Made by a program: the position numbers and the translations under genes. Shown here piece after piece: positions 1 through 4,036 of a stretch of 4,036 nucleotides of DNA (the first letter of the stretch is position 1; every line of letters starts with the position of its first letter). The stretch is from a virus (Duplodnaviria > Heunggongvirae > Uroviricota > Caudoviricetes), in IMG/VR virus record IMGVR_UViG_2541047431_000036; one strand, 5' to 3'. A model generated the notes under the pieces. The model was not told the origin of the DNA. It saw only the letters and a program-made list of their open reading frames with translations, and did not search any database.

Positions 1-84
1 TTATAATATAATTACCTATATTAGCTCTGACCTGACAGTTACCGGTTATTTATACAGGTATCTGTCAGATTACATCTAACCAAC

Positions 85-111
85 AAAAAACCGGAGCCGG
101 ACTCCGGTTTT
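85..111 (-). terminator. Rho-independent terminator closing the tail fibre transcription unit (hairpin flanked by A and T runs, potentially bidirectional)
   Basis: Plus strand 91-107 is ccggag-ccgga-ctccgg, a 6-bp stem with a 5-nt loop. It is flanked by A6 at 85-90 (a U run 3' of the hairpin on the minus transcript) and TTTT at 108-111 (a U run on the plus transcript). It begins about 20 nt past the stop of the small ORF. Confidence 0.6.
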
Positions 112-125
112 GTGAAGCTGTCGGG

Positions 126-395
126 TTACTTCATCCCGCCAATATTTTCCCACGTCCCGTCAGCACGCAGAATTTGCAGCGGTCTTACCACGCACTGTAT
201 CTGCTTTTTATCCGCATCCAGTATCACCACCTGCGTGATTACCCTGTCCTGCTCCGGAATAATACCATTCTCATCGGACTCCAGGATGTCTGCCGGCCCC
301 AGTCGCAGTTGTGCTGTAAGCGACTGCACGTGTTCACGGCCATCATGCTTTCCGCAACCACACAGACGCTGCATAAGTTTTTTTAGTATATTCAT
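126..395 (-). CDS. Hypothetical small protein (89 aa) immediately downstream of the tail fibre gene; function not recognised
   Basis: ATG at 395-393 is preceded by a good Shine-Dalgarno (GGAGA, plus 401-405) at 5-nt spacing, and lies 2 nt after the tail fibre stop. It reads MNILKKLMQRLCGCGKHDGREH...LRADGTWENIGGMK, with stop at 126-128 followed by a terminator. The ORF tool's 102-aa version starts at ATG 434 inside the fibre gene without an obvious RBS; I prefer the 395 start. I do not recognise the family, and it does not resemble lambda Tfa. Confidence 0.5.
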   Translation of the reverse strand: MNILKKLMQRLCGCGKHDGREHVQSLTAQLRLGPADILESDENGIIPEQDRVITQVVILDADKKQIQCVVRPLQILRADGTWENIGGMK

Positions 396-396
396 G

Positions 397-1589
397 TCAT
401 TCTCCTGTTCTGCCTGTATCACTGCCCACTTCATTCAGCCCCTTAACATCCTGCCACGGCCCGTCACCAAACCTGACCTGCAAATGCCGAAACAGCCCCT
501 GAACCTGTGTGGCATCTTTGGGGTCAAGAAAGGTCAGTCCGGTGATGAGCGCACCATCTGTATCCGGGAACCAGCCATTGCTGTTTGTCTCAATAATGTT
601 TCCCGGCCCCAGACGGAACCGTATTTGCGTCTCCCCCGGGTCGCCCTTCGGCCCCTGAGGTCCGGTTGCCCCCACCGGGCCAGCCGCACCTGTTTCTCCT
701 TTCGGTCCCTGTGGGCCTGCCGGGCCTGCCGCACCGGTATCTCCCTTTGGACCCTGTGGACCTGCATTTCCCGTCAGACCGGTCTCTCCCCGCCCTCCCC
801 TGTCACCTTTCGGCCCCTGCGGGCCTGCCGGACCAGCATCACCTGCCGGTCCCCGTTCGCCGGTTGCCCCTGCCGGGCCGGTGTCTCCACGCTCTCCTTT
901 ATCTCCCTTCGGCCCCTGAGGACCCGCGGGCCCCGGTTCCCCCTTTGGCCCGGGAGGCCCCACCACGGTGGGGATTCGGTTTACGGCTTCTTCCGCCGCT
1001 ATCCTGCTTTGTTCCGCTGACTGTGCGCTTTCTGCTGACTCCCGGGCTTTTTCTGCTGCGGTCGTTGCATCCCTGACTGCTTTGCAGCGGCTGCACTTTC
1101 TGCCGCCTGCCGGGCTGACTCCGATGCATCCCCTGCTGAAGTGTCAGCATTTGCCGCGCTCTCTTCTGCCTGACTGGCTGATATGCCGGCATTCCTCGCG
1201 GACGTCTCCGCCTCTCCGGCATTCTTCTTCGCCTCCTCAGCGTGACGCGCCGCTTCTTCCACCATCAGTTCAAGACGGCGCAGTGCCTCCGGCCGGACGT
1301 CATCCTCCGACATGGCACCGAGAAAATCATTCAGCGTCCCCGGTTGAGAATCTTCATACACGGCGATGGTCCCGGCATGTGACGGCGGGAACCCTTCCAC
1401 CAACAGAATAACGCTGTACTGACCGTACTCAACGTCCATGCTGTAACGACCGGCTTCATCCGGATTTTCAGAGGCCACCGTGTTCACCACCACCGTGGCG
1501 CTGTTACGTCTGGCTTTCAGTTGAATGGTGCAGTTCTCTACCGGTTTTCCTGTGCCGTCTTTCAGTACACCTGAAATCTTTACTGCCAT
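397..1589 (-). pseudogene. stf: Side tail fibre protein: lambda Stf-like N-terminal domain, Ala/Ser/Glu-rich segment, collagen-like Gly-X-Y repeat (37 triplets) and short C-terminal domain; frame broken once as sequenced
   Basis: From the ATG at 1589-1587 the ORF reads MAVKISGVLKDGTGKPVENCTIQLKARRNSATVVVNTV...DEAGRYSMDVEYGQYSVIL...PPSHAGTI.VYEDSQPGTLNDF..., nearly identical to the lambda Stf N-terminus as I recall it. The ORF tool's start at GTG 1595 adds two codons (VN) that I judge not to be part of the protein. This frame stops at 999 after an implausible Q/K/P-rich tail, while the frame opening at 1144 reads ...[36 protein letters not shown] then [19 protein letters not shown]... to the stop at 397-399. 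The frames join at the C3 run 1071-1073 (GGG on the coding strand): adding one G gives ...[16 protein letters not shown]... as a continuous read. Confidence 0.82.
628..960 (-). repeat. Collagen-like Gly-X-Y coding repeat (37 consecutive triplets) within the tail fibre gene
   Basis: The translation is strictly periodic: [27 protein letters not shown] ... [12 protein letters not shown]. The nucleotides show matching degenerate 9-nt periodicity with recurring ggcccctg(a/c)gg and cgggcctgccgg motifs. This is the source of the proline-rich spurious plus-strand ORFs. Confidence 0.9.
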
Positions 1590-1599
1590 ATTCACCCCA

Positions 1600-1627
1600 C
1601 AAAAAAGCCCGCCTGAACCGGCGGGCT
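1600..1627 (-). terminator. Rho-independent terminator after lom
   Basis: Plus strand 1606-1627 is agcccgcc-tgaacc-ggcgggct, an 8-bp GC-rich stem with a 6-nt loop; the plus-strand A6 run 1601-1606 becomes a U run 3' of the hairpin on the minus-strand transcript. It lies between the lom stop (1654) and the stf start (1589). Confidence 0.65.
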
Positions 1628-1653
1628 GTCATAACACTGTGTTACCTGGCTAA

Positions 1654-2254
1654 TCAGAACTTATAACCGACACCCACGATGAAACCGTCAGTGCGCCAGT
1701 CGCCACTGCCGGAGCCTTCATAAGCAATATCAATGGCCACGGATTCGGTCGGGTTAAACTGCACGCCAGCCCCCCACGCCAGAGACGTGTTGCTGTGGCG
1801 ACCGTCATCACTTCCGGTCAGCACATCGTGCGTTTTCCCCTTGTTGTCAGTTACGCGAAGATAATCCCCCGGAGAAAGTCGACACACGGCTGTAAGCCAC
1901 ACCCGCCATCGCATACGCGCTGAACCATTCATTCACGCGCACAGACGGCCCCGCCATTACGCTGAACCAGCGGTTACGAACGGAATCTTCATGCCAGCGG
2001 GTATCGCTGTAACGGGTCAGCTGGCGATTCCTGTCTCCTGCATAGCTGAATGACGTCACCATCCCCAGTGTGTCCGTAAATTCATAACGGTATTTCACGT
2101 TAATCCCGTTAAGATTATCGCTACCGGGAGCGCTCGTCCGGGCATGAAGATACCCCGCGCTCAGCGTGGCCTGCTGCTCAGACGCCCATGCAGGCGCGCC
2201 GGATACGGCCAGACAGATGGCTGCGGACAAAATGGCGGCATAAAGTTTACGCAT
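1654..2254 (-). pseudogene. lom: Lom / Ail-PagC-OmpX family outer-membrane beta-barrel protein (lambda Lom homologue); frame broken once as sequenced
   Basis: ATG at 2254-2252 is preceded by GAGAGG. The N-terminal ORF (MRKLYAAILSAAICLAVSGAPAWA...) has a signal peptide and the Lom-like motifs INVKYRYE and SAYAMAGVA. The C-terminal ORF in another frame ends ...IAYEGSGSGDWRTDGFIVGVGYKF, identical to the lambda Lom C-terminus as I recall it. The frames join at the C5 run 1866-1870 (G5 on the coding strand): removing one G gives VSTFSG-DYLRVTDNK as a continuous read. Stop TGA at 1654-1656. Confidence 0.88.
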
Positions 2255-2278
2255 AATTACCTCTCGCTTTTCTGCAAT

Positions 2279-2302
2279 AAAAAAGGCGCCATTTCTGGCG
2301 CC
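2279..2302 (-). terminator. Rho-independent terminator after J (hairpin GGCGCCA/TGGCGCC followed by a T6 run on the minus strand)
   Basis: Plus strand 2285-2302 is ggcgccatttctggcgcc, a 7-bp stem with a 4-nt loop; the plus-strand A run 2279-2284 becomes a U run immediately 3' of the hairpin on the minus-strand transcript. It sits between the corrected J stop (2322) and the lom start (2254). Confidence 0.6.
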
Positions 2303-2321
2303 CGTATATGGGTTATAAAAT

Positions 2322-4036
2322 TCAGCTGATACTGATGCCTGCGGTGGCTTTCTTCATCACCACAACCAAGCAGATCGCTGATACTGGTTGTTGGTGTCCA
2401 GTTATTCGCTCCTGATGAAGATACGGTGAATGTCAGTGTCAGCGTCCCCTGTCCGGCAGGCATATCTATAACTGAGGAAAATACGCCCTGAGCATCCGTC
2501 GTGGACTGATTAAAAATCTCCTGACCATTGCGGGTCACTCTTAACCGGCAGGTTGAATACCAGTATGACTGTTGGTTATTACTGTTGAAATTCTCATGCT
2601 TACCACCGCGGAATAACACTGGCGGTATCATGACCTGCCGGTCAAACTTCTGATCATCACTGATTCTTACCGTGATGGTGCCACTGGCATAAGTGCTCGT
2701 GCGGGGGAAAGACTTGCTGACCGTTTTGACAATATCGCCTTCAATCTGGTTGGCTGACAGTTTCCCCTTAATCTGACAGTTCTCATTAATCGTGACGTTG
2801 TTGAGCGTCCCTGAGTTCGCATTCACACTGCCACTGATATCCGCATTTTTCGCCGTCAGTCGCCCGTCCGGCGTCAGGGAAAACGTCGGGGGATTGCCGG
2901 ACGAGGTGATACTCACCGCAAACAGTCGCTTCAGGAACACGTCGTTCATGAACAGCTGATTCCCCTGCGCCACAAATAACGGCGTGCTGTTGCCGCTCTC
3001 CGGATTTATCATCGCGATACGGTCAGCCAGCAGCAGTATGTTGCTCAGTGGCTGGCCATCAGTATCCTCAATCCCTGCACCAATCCCGGCCACATAGGGA
3101 ATGCCGTCTTTCGTTTTTTGAACCTTCAGCATGTACAGCGCAGCCAGGTCATCATTTGTGTCCTTCTGCACGCGCTGTATCTGCTGTATAGTGGCGCTCT
3201 GGTTCTCCAGCGTTTTACTGACCGTCTGTGTGATTTCATTGCGGGTTTCCGTGATGGTGGTCTTCATCTCCGCCATCTCATCCGCAAGCTGGCTGTTGTC
3301 TATCAGCTCCCATAGCCCCTGAGCCAGATGCAGTTTTCCTATTTTTTCCCGGAAAAATTCCAGATACCCTTCACCATCATTGCTGGGCTGCCCGCTGACT
3401 TCCACAAACGCAGATTTCCCCACCAGGTTGACGCTGCGCACGTAAAACCAGAAATCCGTCCCCGGCTTAATCCGGCTTCCCTGGACAGTCCACTGACTGC
3501 CGCTCCCCAGATAACGGGCAGATTTTTCCACCTGTGCCGTGTTCGTGATGCGTTTTTTCCGAAAACCAGAACTCAAACTGCACCGTCGGGTCATACACCG
3601 CCAGCACCGGTACCGCCGTTATCTGAAAATACCCCGGCGTCAGTTCAATGGTGGCGGGTTTTGCTGGCGCGTTAATCCGGAAGGTGGTGATGGCCGGTTC
3701 CCCCTGCTGGCCATAACTGTTAATTGCCCTGACTGTCAGGGTGTATTCCCCGAGCGGCAGACCACTGAAACGATGCTCTGTATCCGCAGTGATGGCGGTG
3801 GTCACCAGACGGCTGTCCTGACCGCTTCCACTGGTCAGGCGCAGACTGAAGCGCACGCCCTTCACCACCCGCGGCGTGTCCCATTTCGCCTGCGCCAGAT
3901 ACTGGCTGTCAGCTGCACTCACCTCCACCGTCAGGTGCTGCACTGCCGGAGGGATGACGCTGTTCAGGGTGCCGCTCTGGTCGCCGTCAAAGTGCGCCCC
4001 GTTATCCACGATGGCTTCTTTTTCCGGTACGTGCTG
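2322..4036 (-). pseudogene. J: Tail tip / host-specificity protein J (central tail fibre), C-terminal part; 5' end lies beyond the window; frame broken twice as sequenced
   Basis: Minus-strand translation from the window edge ([30 protein letters not shown]...TPGYFQITA...[14 protein letters not shown]) matches my recollection of the central part of lambda J, and the 445-aa ORF (3594..2257) continues with J-like sequence (YVAGIG...[18 protein letters not shown]...[34 protein letters not shown]...[15 protein letters not shown]). Frame break 1 is at the T6 run 3553-3558 (A6 on the coding strand): removing one A gives [22 protein letters not shown], which is colinear with lambda J. Frame break 2 is near 2366-2367: the next frame reads [19 protein letters not shown] then TGA at 2322-2324, resembling the lambda J C-terminus, whereas the uncorrected frame runs through the downstream terminator to 2257. 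Confidence 0.85.

Noticed and set aside
174-386. Plus-strand ORF 174..386 (70 aa)
   Set aside because: It is antisense to the small minus-strand ORF that has an RBS and terminator, and it has no start context of its own.
396-434. The 102-aa version of the small ORF starting at ATG 434, or the small ORF as a frameshifted continuation of the tail fibre
   Set aside because: The 434 start lies inside the fibre coding sequence without an RBS, whereas ATG 395 has a strong GGAGA at ideal spacing just after the fibre stop. A separate small gene starting at 395 is the more economical reading, though a fifth frameshift cannot be fully excluded without homologues.
628-960. Periodic nucleotide repeats, considered as a possible CRISPR array or non-coding tandem repeat
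   Set aside because: The periodicity is 9 nt and in frame with Gly-X-Y codons inside an ORF. There are no conserved direct repeats separated by unique spacers.
112-1076. Long plus-strand ORFs (112..1020, 302 aa; 666..1076, 136 aa; 968..1411, 147 aa) that are rich in Pro, Arg, Leu, Cys and Ser
   Set aside because: They are antisense to the GC-rich collagen-like repeat and Ala-rich shaft of the minus-strand tail fibre gene. Their composition is what the reverse complement of Gly-X-Y and Ala codons produces, they lack credible starts or RBS, and the opposite strand carries a recognisable protein.
534-1222. Minus-strand ORFs in alternative frames (534..767, 77 aa; 899..1222, 107 aa), Arg/Gln-rich
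   Set aside because: They are out-of-frame readings of the same tail fibre gene, with low-complexity basic composition and no independent support.
3545-3565. Possibility that the A6 run in J (plus-strand T6 at 3553-3558) is a programmed ribosomal frameshift site
   Set aside because: Programmed frameshifting in lambdoid tail modules is known for the G/GT chaperone pair, not for J. The simplest reading is a one-base indel. The other three frame breaks in neighbouring genes argue for a general indel process, not a programmed one.
2144-3675. Plus-strand ORFs 2144..2329, 3118..3315, 3131..3322 and 3328..3675
   Set aside because: All lie antisense within lom or J, whose minus-strand translations match known proteins; they are shadow ORFs.

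Overview
This window is the distal tail region of a lambda-like (lambdoid) prophage of an enterobacterial host, with every gene on the minus strand. In order it holds the C-terminal ~570 codons of the tail-tip host-specificity protein J (5' end beyond the window), a terminator, a Lom/Ail-family outer-membrane protein gene, a second terminator, a side tail fibre gene with a lambda Stf-like N-terminus fused to a collagen-like Gly-X-Y repeat, a small 89-codon ORF of unknown function, and a final terminator. Identifications rest on reading the ORF translations against remembered lambda J, Lom and Stf sequences, not on a database search. The most notable point is that J (twice), lom and stf each have their reading frame broken by a single-base indel at a short mononucleotide run, so either this is a decaying cryptic prophage or the sequence carries homopolymer indel errors. 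I see no CRISPR, tRNA or rRNA, and no clearly novel system; the unexplained pieces are the small ORF and the ~85 nt AT-rich left edge.
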